DNA from: Callorhinchus milii
Taxonomy: Eukaryota
DNA length: 64,000 nucleotides
Reading direction: 5' to 3'
Assembly: GCF_018977255.1 (NCBI RefSeq)
Contig: NW_024704745.1
Location: 28,210,001 to 28,274,000, forward strand
In this document: in pieces, positions 39,801 through 53,240 of the stretch
How positions within the stretch are numbered: the stretch's first letter is position 1
Layout of the letters: each line of letters opens with the position of its first letter
Notes under the pieces: generated by a model
What the model saw: the letters and a program-made list of their open reading frames with translations, nothing else
What the model was told of the DNA's origin: nothing
The model's database searches: none
Position numbers and translations under genes: made by a program

Positions 39801-42800
39801 CGGCCATTTTGCATCATTTTGTATTTTGTGTTCTGATTTGTCTGACCTTCCAATACCTCAGTGAATAAATACACTGAGGGACCCAGGTAGAAGTAGGAGC
39901 ATTGCATTTGGTTTTAGTATCTCTGGACTGTGGAGAAAAAAATCAGCTTGTCACCCATTCCTGATGCTACTGGGTGACCACTGAAAGTGAATGTGTTTAC
40001 ATGGGTGCTGTATGATTAGACAGGAATGGGATAAGCCCTCCCATCCCACTGTTGAATTCTGTTCACAGACTGAAATCTCATAAATGGAGACTGGATCCTT
40101 GAATAAGGTAAAACAGAGAGCTGAAATTGCCTGTGGAATCATATCTTAAGTCATCTCCTTCAAGAGCAGAGAAGAGAAAAGAGGAGACAATTTCAAATTA
40201 ATGATAGTGTGCTTCTGCAAAGCCATAAAATCTCTCTCTATATGAATAACTGTTACTCTCTTTCATGTTAAGTGAAAGGCAATAGTTGATGTCTGTGTCT
40301 AAAATGACAAAAATAAAGGTTATTTGAAAAAGAGTCATACTTTTTGCTATTTTACAGAAGAGGATGCATTCAGTGGGTTCTGAGTCATTCTATTAGTCAA
40401 TACTCAACACTGTCTGGTAAGAGCACATTTTCCCACAGCATAGTGAGAAGTTGCACCCAAGTCCCATTTGGCTTCTGAATTAGCTCACGACTCTATAGAA
40501 AGTCAAATCTTCTCAATTTTGTTGGTCTTAATCAAAGAATAACAGATAAAAAGAGAGAAGATCTAGAATGATTAACAAGTTAAAGTAAAAGTTAACAGCC
40601 TTTCAGTTGTTATATTCCTAGTGCTCAATTAATTATGTCCCTATTGAATTGCCATAAAATGGTTGGGTCAATGTTCACATACTAAATTTTGTCGTTTTGT
40701 GTGGAACATAAACATTGTATATTAACAGCTCCCAGGAAGCAGTGACACATAACTATTTTTGAAGGTTGGAAACCAAGGAGCTAGAGCTGCAGCAAAATGA
40801 GGATGATGAAAACTCCAATCAATGAACATTTAGTGCACAATTTGCAAAGGTGGTAAGTCATTGTATGTGTTCAAAAGACCTACAGGCATATTAAATCCAT
40901 GGTTTAGGCACTTGGAAAGACCTGAACATCTTGATCAAATGAGTATTCTACCCCTAACCATAACTTGCCCTTGTGGTCTTGTCCCAACGTTGCAACAAAG
41001 ATGCTAGTTGCTGTTATATCTAAATGAGGCATCGCAGGGAGGCAAATAAAGAACTTGTACCAAAAGGCAGCAGAGTGCCCCCACGAAGCATCTGCATTAG
41101 TCAGTTCACTCAGAATAACTACCATTACCCCCTGTAGAGTTTGCATTGACATATTGGATATGGCCAAGCCCCTCCAATACTCTAGCTACATTGTGACCAC
41201 AGGTCTAGGAGATATGAACTGCACCTTACCTTGATACTCTTTTTGAATTTGTGTAACATTTTCATAGCCTACATCCTTGGATGACATTGATCACACTCAC
41301 TCTTGATGTTATTATCTGCCAGGCCTCCTTGTGGGTTATGGGTCCCCAATGAAGCCTAATGAGACATCTTTGGAGTTTTATCAGAGCTTCTGACAACACC
41401 ACCTGGGAGACACTGCTGTATCTCACCTTTCTTCATAATATCCTTTCTTCAGTTCCTTCTGTGACAATGACTGAGGCACAAATTCCCATTCAAATGGGCA
41501 TAGATATACTGTAGCCAAACTCAGTCGCCAATAATCACCTCTTTGTTGAAATGCTCTTTGATGGTGATTTTAAGGCTGCATTCTTACAGTGTAGATCCCA
41601 AACCCCTTTCTACTAACATTACAGCTGACTGGAAGTTTGAACCGTTATGTTGGAGGTTGGAAATTCCCAATTGGTACTTTATCAGAGGTACCAGAGAATG
41701 GCAAACAGTATACTCAAAAAGTAATTCAATGGTAAATCAAGCATAAAACTTTAACAATCAATAAAACTATGCACAATTGGTTAGTTCCATTCTCAAGGAT
41801 TAAAAAAGAATTGATAGATGTCAAGGTCCAAAAGCCCATGACATTTTTTTGCACAGACATCTTTCTGTGAATATCTTTTACGTTGTTTTAGTTTAACTAA
41901 TCCTTTGTTTGAAAAAAAATCTCTATTTAGATTTCCTTACTATTTTCCTATTTGTACAATTTAAGTATAACTTTGTAGCTACACGGCAGCTGTGTATTAA
42001 AGACATGTACACCAGATGCAATTCTACGGTACATGAGGATTTATTGAACAGATTTCTTTCATCATTCAAGTTATTATTGACATTTAGAGAAGAAATAGTA
42101 GACACACATTATGCATTGAAGTACATTAGTTCTACGTATTGACTAATACAAGTATTACCAGCTACCTGCAGACATTGTCAAACCATACAGTACAGGACTC
42201 TAGATAACTTAACACTTATACAAAATACTGAAATGTCAAGAAACATTTGGGAATCATCTGTACCACAAAGGGGAGCCATGTCAATGTTAATATGTTAGAA
42301 TTCTTCACTCTTCATTCCTACTTAAAAAANCATTTGTTTTGTGTTAGCAATTTCCAATGATAGATGCAACCATGTATCTGAATAAGGAGTCTGACCATAT
42401 TTCCAGTAATGCCCTGTTGCCTTATGCTGCCTGATGCAAATCGTTTTCTCCAGTGGTGACCTATAAATGATGAGTGTCTCATTCAGGTTTAAACACCCTC
42501 CACTTTTGTACGTACAAGGAGAACATGTTGGTTATTAATTGCATTAAAATCAATTGGGATTTCAAAGTGAATGATGCCAATACGATATGTTATGGCTGAA
42601 CAATCATCATTTGGTTGATTTTCTTTCATCACGTTAGGATAGTACAATCACCACTTAGTATAGATATCATTGAGCCCTCTCATTTTTTGAGGGTCTGGCC
42701 CATGCAGAAACCCACCACCATGCTTAAATGTATCTAAACCAAACTGAATATTCTCATACACGACACTTACACATGGAAATTTCCCTGTGCTTAGAATGGA

Positions 42801-43253
42801 TTGAGCACTCTCTTCCTGGAGGTACGCTCCCTGCTTACCTAATTCCAAAGTATTTATGCGCAGGTTGGCAAGAGTCAAGGAATGGGTATCACAAAATGCA
42901 AATTTGAGTACTACTATAGTTTATCTGGCTAAACAGGTTTAAGTGGCATAGTCTGTCACTTGATCATGAGTCCAACTATTGATTCCCACTGTGTAAAGAA
43001 ATACTTCCTGGTATCTGTTATGAAATTGGTATCTGTCATAAAATTGCTATCTTCACAACTAATGACCTCTTGTTCTGCTGCCTTGGTATATTTGTAAAGG
43101 CCAATACAATGTTTTTTTTAATTCAAAAATAAAAACAAGGGGAAGCAGAATTTGTCAGTTTAAAATAATTTTTAGCTCGGTTGTAGCTTGTATTTAAGAA
43201 CAACAACAACAACAAGATGACAAGAAAGTAGGGAACAACAAGTACTGTAGCTT

Positions 43254-43840
43254 AGTCCTGCAGCTCAGTGGTTAGACCACTTGCCTCGCAAGCAAGAGAC
43301 CAGAGTTCGATTCCCGGCAGGGCGAAACCTTGGGCAAGTTTCCATAATCCACATGTCTGATAATAATCCCTCAAGAAAAAACTTAATAATAAATTGGTCA
43401 CATCAATCCACGACTGTTTGAAGGACACTGCTGCACGCAATTGGCTGCTGCGTTTTCGCCCAGTGGAGCCTGGCCAGAACTGGTAAGATGTGGTTACAGA
43501 GTTTGGTCCAGGTAAGTATGTGGGCAGCAGAGATCTGAATGAGCTGGATCTTTTGAATAGTGGAGCTGGGGAGACCAGTGAGGAGTGCATTTGAGTAATC
43601 CAGGCAGGAGGTGACAAACGCATGCACGAGGGTTTTGGCTGTGTTTTGCATAAGGTACGTTCAGAGGCGGGCAATGTGGAAGAAGGCGGTCCTGGTCAGG
43701 GACCAGATATGGGGGAGAAAGGATAGCTGGGGGTTGAACCCGATGCCTAGGTTAAGCACTGGTTCGGTAAAGTATGAAGAGACCCCAGGGAGGTTGAGGA
43801 GTGAATTGACTGTATATTTGTGGGCGAATTTGTAGGACTC
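43254..43840. mobile_element. Rearranged SINE/L2 composite
   Basis: SINE head and core (+) 43254-43461, L2 (-) 43462-43800, SINE fragments (-) 43801-43840. Confidence 0.75.
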
Positions 43841-44302
43841 GAATCATGTGAGTGCAGTCCCACTAAGGTGGATGAGGGCAGAGAGGTGGTGGAGGAGGAT
43901 GGTGTGGTCAACTGTGTCCCAAACGAGGGAAGGTTTGTTTCTTCAAATTTCTGACAAAGATGTAATGATATTCACCACAGCTTCCTCCATGCTGACTGGA
44001 GAACTTGCCTGCTGATCCACTGCCCCTAAATTGGAAGCGTGCCTAGTGAATTGGTATGTTGAAAGTAGTCATCGGCCCGATTGGTTATTGAGGAAAAAGC
44101 CATTGTTTTCAACACTGGTTGATGGCACTGGAGAAGTTGGAGGAAAGGAAACCAGTTCCCATCACTAGGGATCTGGCAGGTGAGTACATATCAATTAGCA
44201 GCTAAAGGTCTCCAGGAATGTTGAAGGAAATTCTTGATTTACATATGAGAACAAATAACCTTTGTAGTGAATCTAGCAGGACTCTAGCAAGAACCTGGTT
44301 TA

Positions 44303-44630
44303 GTAATAATAATAATAATAATAATAATCCTTGCATTTGATATAGCGCTTTTCACGTCTTCTAGACGTCCCAAAGTGCTTCACGGAATATACTGCAAAAT
44401 GAATTGACTGTATATTTGTGGGCGAATGCGGCAGCCAGTTGCGCACAGCAATGTCCCACAAACAGTCATGGATTGAAAATGACCAAGTTAATATTGTTTT
44501 TTTTTGGAGGGATTATTATCAGGCAGGTGGAGGAAGGAAACTTGCCCAAGGTTTCGCCCTGCCTGGAATTGAACTCAGGTCTCTCACTTGCAAAGCGAGT
44601 GCTCTAACCATTGAGTTACAGGACTCCACA
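44303..44630 (-). mobile_element. Full-length young Deu-SINE
   Basis: Very similar to 3066-3383, with a long (AAT)n tail. Confidence 0.9.
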
Positions 44631-44739
44631 TTTTGGATTTGATTGATTTGATTTGATTGAGTATTGATTTGCTCTATTAAGCAAAATTCTACCACTTAAG
44701 GAGATCAATATTTTATTGTATTTATTGAATTGTATTTAG

Positions 44740-45103
44740 AATAATAATCCTTGAATTTGATACGTCATTGAGACTTCTCAAAGGGCTTCACAGCATATAT
44801 TGTAAAATGGATTGAATGTATTTTGTGGGCAAAACAAGGCAGCCGATTGCACACAGGAGTGTCCCACAAACAGTTGTGGATTGAGTGTTCAAAATATTTT
44901 CTTTTAAATTTTTTATTTTTGGAGGGATTATTACACCCAGAAAGTTATGCGCCAATTGACTAACAACTGGGTTCCTACTTACTGCTAGGTAAACAGAAAT
45001 GTATGGAGTAAGAAAACTTGCTCAACATTTTGTCCTGCCATGAATTGAACCCAGGTCTCTCACTTGCGAGGCGAGTGCTCTAACCACTGAGCTACAGGAC
45101 TCC
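44740..45103 (-). mobile_element. Full-length Deu-SINE
   Basis: Head with CTCGC-CTCGCAA-GTGAG arm (Ala CGC-like) and B box GGGTTCAATTC. Confidence 0.88.
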
Positions 45104-46044
45104 ACTGCAGTGCTTGGGATGTGCTGCATTGTTGAAGGTGGCATCCTTCAGATGAGACTTTATACCAAGATCCTGTCTACCTAATCAGATGGACATTAAA
45201 GAAACCACGGTGCTATTTGAAAAGACAAGAGAGTTTCTCCAGGTATATTGGCCAACAATCCATCCCAAAAAATCATCATTCACTTCAGAACTGTTTGCGG
45301 GACATTACTGTGTGCAAATTCACTAACGTGTTCACTCACAAAAAATACACTGTCACTCCATTTTACAGTATATCCGGTGAAGTGCTTTGGGACATAATCC
45401 AAACATGAAAGGTAGTATACCAAATTTAAGGATTATTTGTAGTGCTGCTTTCGGAGGTACAGTGTAGACTAAAAAATCAACTACACATGCAGTGAAAATG
45501 ACAGGTGTGATGGTTATTATTTGTTTTAGTAATGCTTTGAACAGATCAGGAATGTATATTCCTTGAGTAGGTCATAACAGTTTATTACCAGTTTTTCAAC
45601 TACCACTGAAAGTGCGAATTCTCGTCTTGATAGATAAAATTGTTAAAAAACTACTTATGGTAATGTCTGCTTAGCAGAACTTCAGAGCTGTAGCAGCCAT
45701 TTTCTTTGGCAGATGCTGAAGGAACCTTAGGGAACAGGAGCCAGTAATTCTTCCCATTTTGTAGCTCGCTGTGCTGCAGTTCTGGAAAGAGCAGTAAAAG
45801 CCCCTTTATTTCCCCTGCCACTTTTTAAGGAATGGACAGCCAATGCAAAATCTGAAACATGTTGGCCAAAATCTTATAATCTACAAGAGCACATGTTTTG
45901 TGATGCAGTCTGAGAAGATTAAGCACTTTCCATGTTTATCATGGAATAATTTGAAATTACACAAATGTACTTTTGAAATACAATTAGGAATTGTAAATCT
46001 ATATTAATAAGACAACAATGTCAGTGCTTCAAGAAGGATCTCAA

Positions 46045-46417
46045 TAACCAATTGACATAGCGACATGATTTATACCTCATCGGAAAGGTCTTACACTCGG
46101 GCGTAACATGGGCATATTGTTTTTCAGTTATCTCCTCTCATTCGTGAATTACTTTCAGTTTTGCGTTTTTTGCTGCAGTTACACCTGGTGGACATTGAGT
46201 CAATGTGTGCTGTGGCATCGTGCGTCACAGAGCACACACGCAGTCAATGTGTGCTGTGGCATCGTGCATCACAGAGCACACACGCAGTCAAGTGGCAGGA
46301 AAAATCTAAAGAACACCGATGAAGCTAATGCTTTGCTCGCAACCAGAGGATCCAATATGGAATGTAGAGTGACACACAGACAGACACACACACAGACATT
46401 TCATCTTTATCTATACT
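46045..46417 (-). mobile_element. Putative non-autonomous Helitron-like element with an internal 44-bp tandem duplication
   Basis: End AGTATAGATAAAGATGAAATGTCTGTGTGTGTGTCTGTCTG (minus strand) with a subterminal microsatellite, and motif TTATACCTCATCGGAAAGGTCTT. CpG-richer than its flanks. No CTAG 3' end seen. Confidence 0.4.
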
Positions 46418-47724
46418 CATCTGAGAGCACTCCTGTGGGATGACTCCTTTTGGAAGGACTCAGTGGGAGGACTTGGCGCTTTAAAAATGATAAAATATTT
46501 GTTCCCTACAGAGTATTGCAAATGTGCACAAACATCCAATACAACACAGTTAAAACTAGATTGATCGTCTCCCACAAAAACAAACTGAAGAAGTATTTGC
46601 TTGTGACCAGTTTCAGAGGATATAGGGTCAGGTTCAGTGTAAAATGAATAAATATTCTATGGGACACAATGATCTATGTGCTGTGACGAACAGGCTGGGG
46701 GAAGATGGAGGTTGTTAGTGGTGGAGTTGCGTGAGTAAGTATCATCTGTGGGGGAAGAAAGCTGATACACAGAGTTCAAGGATATTCTGGAGGTTTTGCT
46801 TCATTGTTACATTGGGAATTAGCAAGTCTCTCTGTGGATCCATATAACAGGTGGAGCATATTTTGACTGCATTGTGGAGGGAGATGACTTGATGAGCTTT
46901 TCTTATTTCAAACTTTTTTATTTTATTTAATTCATTTTAACATTGAGGAATATGTGTGATGTGGAAATACGATTAAATGTTTGAGGCAGAAGGCCGTCAG
47001 CCAAATGATTAAAGCTAGATGGAGTCTGAGATATGGACAGTAAAGTGAAACCATGAAGATGTGCAGCTATGTACCTTGTCTGTTTCAGTGCACCATAGGC
47101 AAAAGTACAGTAACAATTGTTTATGAAGTGTGATTACAGAAGATGGCATTACATTATCCCTGGGGGCTCTGTGAACTAGTTCCTGTATCTTTTCCTCTGA
47201 CAGGTCAACAGTTGGTATTGTGTGCTGCTCTGTTGTGTGGGTAGCAGGCAAAAATATATTCACAGATCTTTCAAGTGCCACAGTGTGATATCTCCCCTTT
47301 GAAGAATAAGCATCAAAATCTCATTTTTAAAATACCAAATATGCTCTCCGTAACTATCATTGTGGTAGTGTGCGCCCCATTATAACACACTTGTGTACAC
47401 TTTGGGGATTTTGCATCGGAAGTCATGTACCACAGCTTTAAACCATGGATTCTGTCATTTGACAAAGGAAGACTAGAATTAATTATAAAGAACAGACACT
47501 GAGATACATACGTTAATGTCTTACCCAGCAGTCATCTACCAGCCAATTCTTTTCCAAACATTCTGCATGCTCTAGCATTAACAGGAATAAACTGTTTTAA
47601 GTGCTGCCAAGGTGATGTTCCTGGAATCACACAACACTTGCAAATTAATTACAGGGATGTGTTTGCAGTTACAGTGGAGACAAACATTCTCTGTAAGTAC
47701 TTGGCTTTCTAGGTACACCATTTT

Positions 47725-48315
47725 CTTGTTCATGTCTTCATCAGCTCCAAGCTCGACTATGCAAATGCCCTACTTGTCGGCCTTCCCAACTCCTCCCTCC
47801 ACACGTTGCAGATAATCCAGAACTCTGCAGCTCGTGTCCTCTCCTGCACCAAACTCCGTGACCCCATCTCCCCCACTCTCGCCCGACTCCATTGGCTCCC
47901 TATCGTTCAGAGGATCCAGTTCAAGATCCTGGTCCTCACCTACAAAGCCCTCCATGGCCTCACCCCACCCTACCTCTGCGAATCTCCTAACCCCCTACCA
48001 ACCCGCCCGTTCCCTCCGCTCAGCCGGCTCCGACCAGCTCCACGTCCCCCGATTGGTGGGAGAGCTTCAGCCACTCTGCCCCCAACCTCTGGAATTCCAT
48101 CCCCCAATCACTTCGCCTCGCCCCCTCTTAGCCTCCTTCAAGTCCCGCCTCAAGACCCTCCTCTTTGACCATGCCATCGGCCACCCCCTTCCCCTCCCCT
48201 CCCTTTCCCCCCCCCCCTGATCCCAGCTCGGGTCTGAAATGCTGTACACTGTCCAGCGCCTTTGAACGTCCTCCCGACGTGAAAGGTGCTAAACAAATGT
48301 AATCTTCTTGTTATT
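47725..48315 (+). mobile_element. Young L2 LINE 3' fragment
   Basis: ORF 47806-48168 QIIQNSAARVL..LARLHWLPIVQRIQFKILVLTYKALHG; L2 tail. Confidence 0.9.
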
Positions 48316-48539
48316 TGGTTATAGTGGGTGGAAATACAAGAAATGAAGGAAATCAGCAGCGAAACAGAATGCTTCTCTGGTTCTGTTACTGTAGTAAGGA
48401 TGACATAACTGGTGAAATAATAGTGACTTCGGCCCCAATCTGGGTGGTCCGATTGGCACAGAAGGTGCTAAATTCCTTAATTTCTCTGTCATCAGTAAAA
48501 TTACAAATTGTGCACCTTATACCAGGATCCAGATTATAT

Positions 48540-49548
48540 ACATAGAATCAGGAGTAGGCCATTCATCCCCTCGAGCAGATTCTGCCATTCTATAAGATCA
48601 TAGCTGATGTGTACCTCAAATCCAATTACCTGCCCTTGCCACATATCCCTTGGTACCCTGACCTAACAAATATCAGTCCAGTTCATTGAAAATGTGAATG
48701 GATCCAGCATCCACAGCCTTTTGGAAGAAGAGAGTTCCAGATTTCCACAAAATTGCCTCCTAATTTTACTTCTAAATGACCTAGCTCTAATTTTAAGATT
48801 ATACCCCATTGTCCTGGATTCCCCAACCAGTGGAAATAGTTTTTCTGTATCTAACATATTGAATCCCTTTATTATTTTAAAAGGCTCAATCAGATTACCC
48901 TTCAACCTTCTAAACTCAAGGGAATAGAGACCAAGTTTATGCAACCTGTCCTCATAATTTAACCCTTTAAACCCAGTTATCATTCTGGTGAATCTGCGCT
49001 GTATCCCCTCCAGAGCCAATATATCCATCCTGATGTGTGGTGCCTAAGACTGAACCCGGGTCTCCAGATAGAGTCTGACCAAAGCTCTATACAGCTAAAG
49101 CATCAATTCTTCTCCTTTATATTCCAGTGCTCTTGAGATAAAGGTCAATGTACCAATGCAAATTTGCTAACTTTCTGTACCTGTGAGCTTGTTTTTAGTG
49201 ATTTGTGTACATAGACACCCAAATGCCTTTGCTCTTCCACAGTTCTTAGTTCCTCACCATTTAAAAAGTATTTTGGTTTGCTATTTTTGGATCCATAGTG
49301 GATGACCTTACACTTCCCCACATTGAATTCCATCTGCCACAGTTCTGCCCACTCACTTAATCTGTTGAAATCCCTTTGTAATTCCCTGCTCTCATCTAAA
49401 CACTTCACTGTGCCTCCCAACTTTGTGTAATCTGCAAATGTTGCTGTAAAACTTTCTGTACCTTCATTCAACTCAGTTATATATAAATTGAAAAGTTGAA
49501 GCCCCAGTATAGATCCTTTGGGATCACCACTTGTCATGTCCCACCAAT
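48540..49548 (-). mobile_element. CR1 LINE RT/3' fragment
   Basis: ORFs 49145-49579 (G.PKGSILG..LF, FADYTKLGG, WQMEFNVGKC) and 48663-49028 (LEGIQRRFTRMI, LEFRRLKGNLIE). Confidence 0.92.
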
Positions 49549-49549
49549 C

Positions 49550-50860
49550 AACAACAACAAAATTACATTTGTACCTCACCTTTTACATTGGGAGGATGGC
49601 TCAAGGTGCTGGACAATCAGTGTTTCAGACCTGAGATGTGGGTCAAGATCGGGGATGGTGGAGGGCAGGAGGAGAAAGGAGGGTGACTGAGGCAAGGTTG
49701 AAGATCAGGATCTTGAGACGGATCTTGAAGGAGGCAAAGGCAGGGGTAACCAGGTATCTATTTTATTGCTAGACAAACAGAGGCGTGTGGAGTAAGGAAA
49801 CTTGCCCAACATTTCGCACTACCTGGGAATCCAATGCAGGTCTCTTGCTTCTGAGGCGAGTACTCTAACCACTGAACTACAGGACTCCACAAGGACTCCA
49901 CAGTTAGATGGTGTGGGTTATAGGGTCGTGGAGCCTTGTGCAGGAGAGAACATAGGCTGCAGAGTTCTGGATGATCTGCAACCTATGGAGGGAGGAGTTG
50001 GGAAGCCTGACAAGCAGGGAGTTTGTGTAGTCGAGCCTGGATTATATGAATGCGTGTATGCGGATCTCCGTGGCCTGCGGTGTGAGACAATGGTGGAGCC
50101 GGGCGATGTTGTGGATGTGGGGAAGGCAGATCAGGTCATGGCACGGATGTGGGGTACAAAGGATAGTTGAGGGTTAAACAAGACACCAAGGTTCCGGACT
50201 GGTTCAGTAAGGTGAAGTGTGCATCCTTGGATGGTGATGCTGTCAGTGCCTTAAGTGTGGAAGCTCTGATGGGAACCAATCAGGAGGGCCTTAGTTTTGT
50301 TGACGTTCAACTGTAGAAAGTTAGCTCTCATCCAGAACTTGATGTCTGACAGATATTCTGTCAGGACAGCAGTGGTCCTGGAGTCAAGGGTGGAGGTAGA
50401 GAGGTACAGTTGATTGGCATCCGCATACATGTGGAAGTTGACCCCATATCTGCGGATGATGTCACCAAAAGGAAGTATATAGACATCGAAGAGGGGGGGA
50501 CAAAGAACAGAACCCTGAAGAATGCCGCACGAGATGATGCAGGGCCTTGAGGAGAAGCTGTTTGTGGAGATGACGGGGAGACTGTGTGAGAAGTAGGATC
50601 TGAACCATTCAAGGACAGAACCATGAAGGTTGAAATGAGAGGAGAGGCAGTGGAGAAGGATAGAGTGGTCAGCGATATCAAAGGCAGCAGAGAGATCAAG
50701 GAATACAAGGAGGCAGAGGGAGCCCTGGTTGCAGATGGACAAAATGTCATTTGTCACTTTGACCAAAACTGTTTCTGTGCTATGGGCGGCACGTACACCC
50801 GATTGGAGGGGTTTGTGAAAGGAGTGGCGGAAGAGGAAAGTCTATGTAGACGACATCCAT
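49550..50860 (-). mobile_element. L2 LINE with RT core, inserted into the CR1 and itself containing a SINE head (~49755-49890)
   Basis: ORF 50251-50766 LVFLDLSAAFD, GILQGSVL, FHMYADANQLY; (AAC)n tail at 49550. Confidence 0.9.
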
Positions 50861-50990
50861 AGACACTCTCTTGTCCACCATGTTAGTGACCTCCTCAAAA
50901 AATTAAATTAGATCCATCAGAATCTACCCTTCACAAATCCATGTTGAATCTCTTTGATTAGTTCATACCTGATGGAGAGATTCCAGTAAC
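50860..50990 (-). mobile_element. CR1 upstream RT fragment, probable continuation of 48540-49548
   Basis: Minus strand gives QHGFVKGR...FFEEVTNMVDK-like sequence. Confidence 0.7.
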
Positions 50991-51329
50991 ATAAAAAGAG
51001 AAAATCAGTGCGTCTAATACCCTGAGGGGCTCTACTATTTACATTTCTCCATTCCAGGAGCAATTACATACTTTCACTCTTTGGTTCTCATCGTTCAAAA
51101 CCATTTAGGTAATGCTCAACCTCTATAAATTGTTAGACTCAGTTTAGTAATACTAGAATACTATGTCCATATGTGATCACCCCACTTTAGGAAGAATATC
51201 CATGATATGAGATTTATTAGGAGGATAAAATAAATAATCCTTGCATTTGATATTGTGTTTTATATCGATGATATGTCTCAAAATACTTCACAGGATTGTA
51301 TTGTAAGTGTGGTGATTGTGTATTTGTAG

Positions 51330-51725
51330 GTCAAGGATGAGTGATTTTTTAGAAGAGACGAGATGAACTTGCATCATATTCATTCGAACAGAGACAGTTG
51401 GGGGAGACCTGAATAAAATAGGGAGCAAGTATTTTCAATAGTTGGAAACTTGAAGGCATCAATTTACGACAGTTAGCAAAATAGCAAAGGGAGAGTTTAG
51501 GAGATATTTTTAATACAGAGATTTGATAGGATGTAAAGTACCCTGTTGGGTATGATGGTTGATGCAAGATCCATATTAACTTTGAGGAGGGAACGAGATA
51601 GATATCTACAAAGGAATAATTCGCAGAGGTATGGAGAAAATGGAAATAAATGAAGCTGAATGCATTGTTCTTTGAAAGAGCCAACAAAGCCAAAATGGCC
51701 TTCTTCTGTGCCACACATTTCTATG
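51330..51725 (+). mobile_element. Degraded CR1 3' fragment
   Basis: SFEQRQL.GDL-like remnant and ccaaaatggccttcttctgtgc 3' UTR. Confidence 0.6.
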
Positions 51726-52957
51726 GATCTCATCAACAAATATCCCACCTTTGCCAATCCATGGAGGAGAATCACTGCTGTGTGCTTCCTGCTTACCAGT
51801 GCGGCTGAAGTCACAGTCACCATGCAATCGATGATGTAACCCAGCATCAGCCAGAAAATTTATCTGAAAACATCTATTTACAACTTCTGTGATAAGTCAT
51901 ACCGAACAGTCCAATTTTTAAAAATGTCTAAAAAATCGCCATTTAATTTAATTATGATTGAAACAACCACACATCTAATGGGAATTTGGGTTATTTATAG
52001 TGAAATGTGGCAGGAGCTTTTATTCAATGCTGTGAATTGAAAATGTAAAGAAATTGCCACATTCCATTGAAAAGCAATTCTGAGATGTTTCACTGTGTTG
52101 TGAACACATGACAGAGGGTGATATTTTTTAAGGCACATTACATTCAAATACACTCCAGTGTCTTCATTATGCAAGATGAAGTACTGCTGCTATTATAGAA
52201 CTAAAACACTTGCATTTCCTGGAGAGGATTTGTCTGCTTGTATCACAATACTCCAGCTATTAATCTAAATGTGGAGGTAGAATCTGAATAGCAATGAATA
52301 TTTAATATTATTTCTAGTACAGGAATAAATGCAGCATTCATGGAGAAAATTGATGAAGTTGTACCTTTTGGCCTATTTGCATTGTTCATACATTTAGGTT
52401 TAGTAAAAATAAACTGCTCATTAGTATAGAAAATAATCTGAATGATGTTGCACAGTCACTCAGAAACAACCACTGGGTGGCATCTCATATTTACAAATTG
52501 TTCTGCACCCTTACACAGGCTCAGACAGTGTGTTTGGCAATATTGCTTTCATATAGCATAGAAGCTCTCCTGAGTTATTCAAAACTGGGATCTGTAAGAT
52601 CAACAACTGTAGATTATGCTTGCAAAATGAATTTTATTTTGCAGTTCATTTTGATGAAGATATGGTAATCTCTACTGGTATGAGACAGGACTGAACCATG
52701 CAACAAACCAGAAGTGAGATCATACTATCGCACTGATGCACTACACCACTACCTGCCGTCTTACTACACCACTTCTGAGTTCTCAGAGAGCTCAGCTAAC
52801 AATAAACAGTACCAAGTGGCTGTGTTGTAGCTTCTGTTAAATTGGTAACATTTGAATTGGCTTTATTCCTTTGTCAGCTTCAGACATAAAAATACATTTT
52901 CAGCCAAGTCTGTTTACCTGAGGCATTTTATGGCATTGGAATCCTGAAAATGTATTA

Positions 52958-53240
52958 ATTGGGCAGTCCCGATCAGCTAATAGATAGAGCTGCCCCTTAC
53001 GGACCAGGGGCTCACTGGTTTGAATCCTGGTCAGTGTTGAGTGTGCTTTCAGCTGGAATGACAATGGAGAAATTAATGGGTTTGACCTTCTCAGGGGTAG
53101 AATGGGGAAAAACAGTCAGGTTTTCTGCTCCTGGTCCTTCTAGAAGATGCTCTAATGGATAGATGCACATGTGGCAGTCAAATGGTGAGAAGTCAGGTTC
53201 ACAAGTGATGTCCTCTACAGTCAAGGGGGCTCCCAACACT
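52958..53240 (+). mobile_element. Ancient tRNA-derived SINE-like element of a different family
   Basis: B-box-like GGTTTGAATCC. Body weakly resembles segments near 15700-15850 and 39940-40130. Confidence 0.4.

Noticed and set aside
40900-41700. Possible decayed RTE/L1 endonuclease remnant on the minus strand
   Set aside because: Only vague motif resemblance; it cannot be supported without a profile search.
42330-42330. Single N
   Set aside because: Ambiguous base after an A run; assembly artifact.
46198-46291. Palindromic direct repeats reminiscent of a CRISPR array
   Set aside because: Only two adjacent units with no spacers, vertebrate context and no cas genes.
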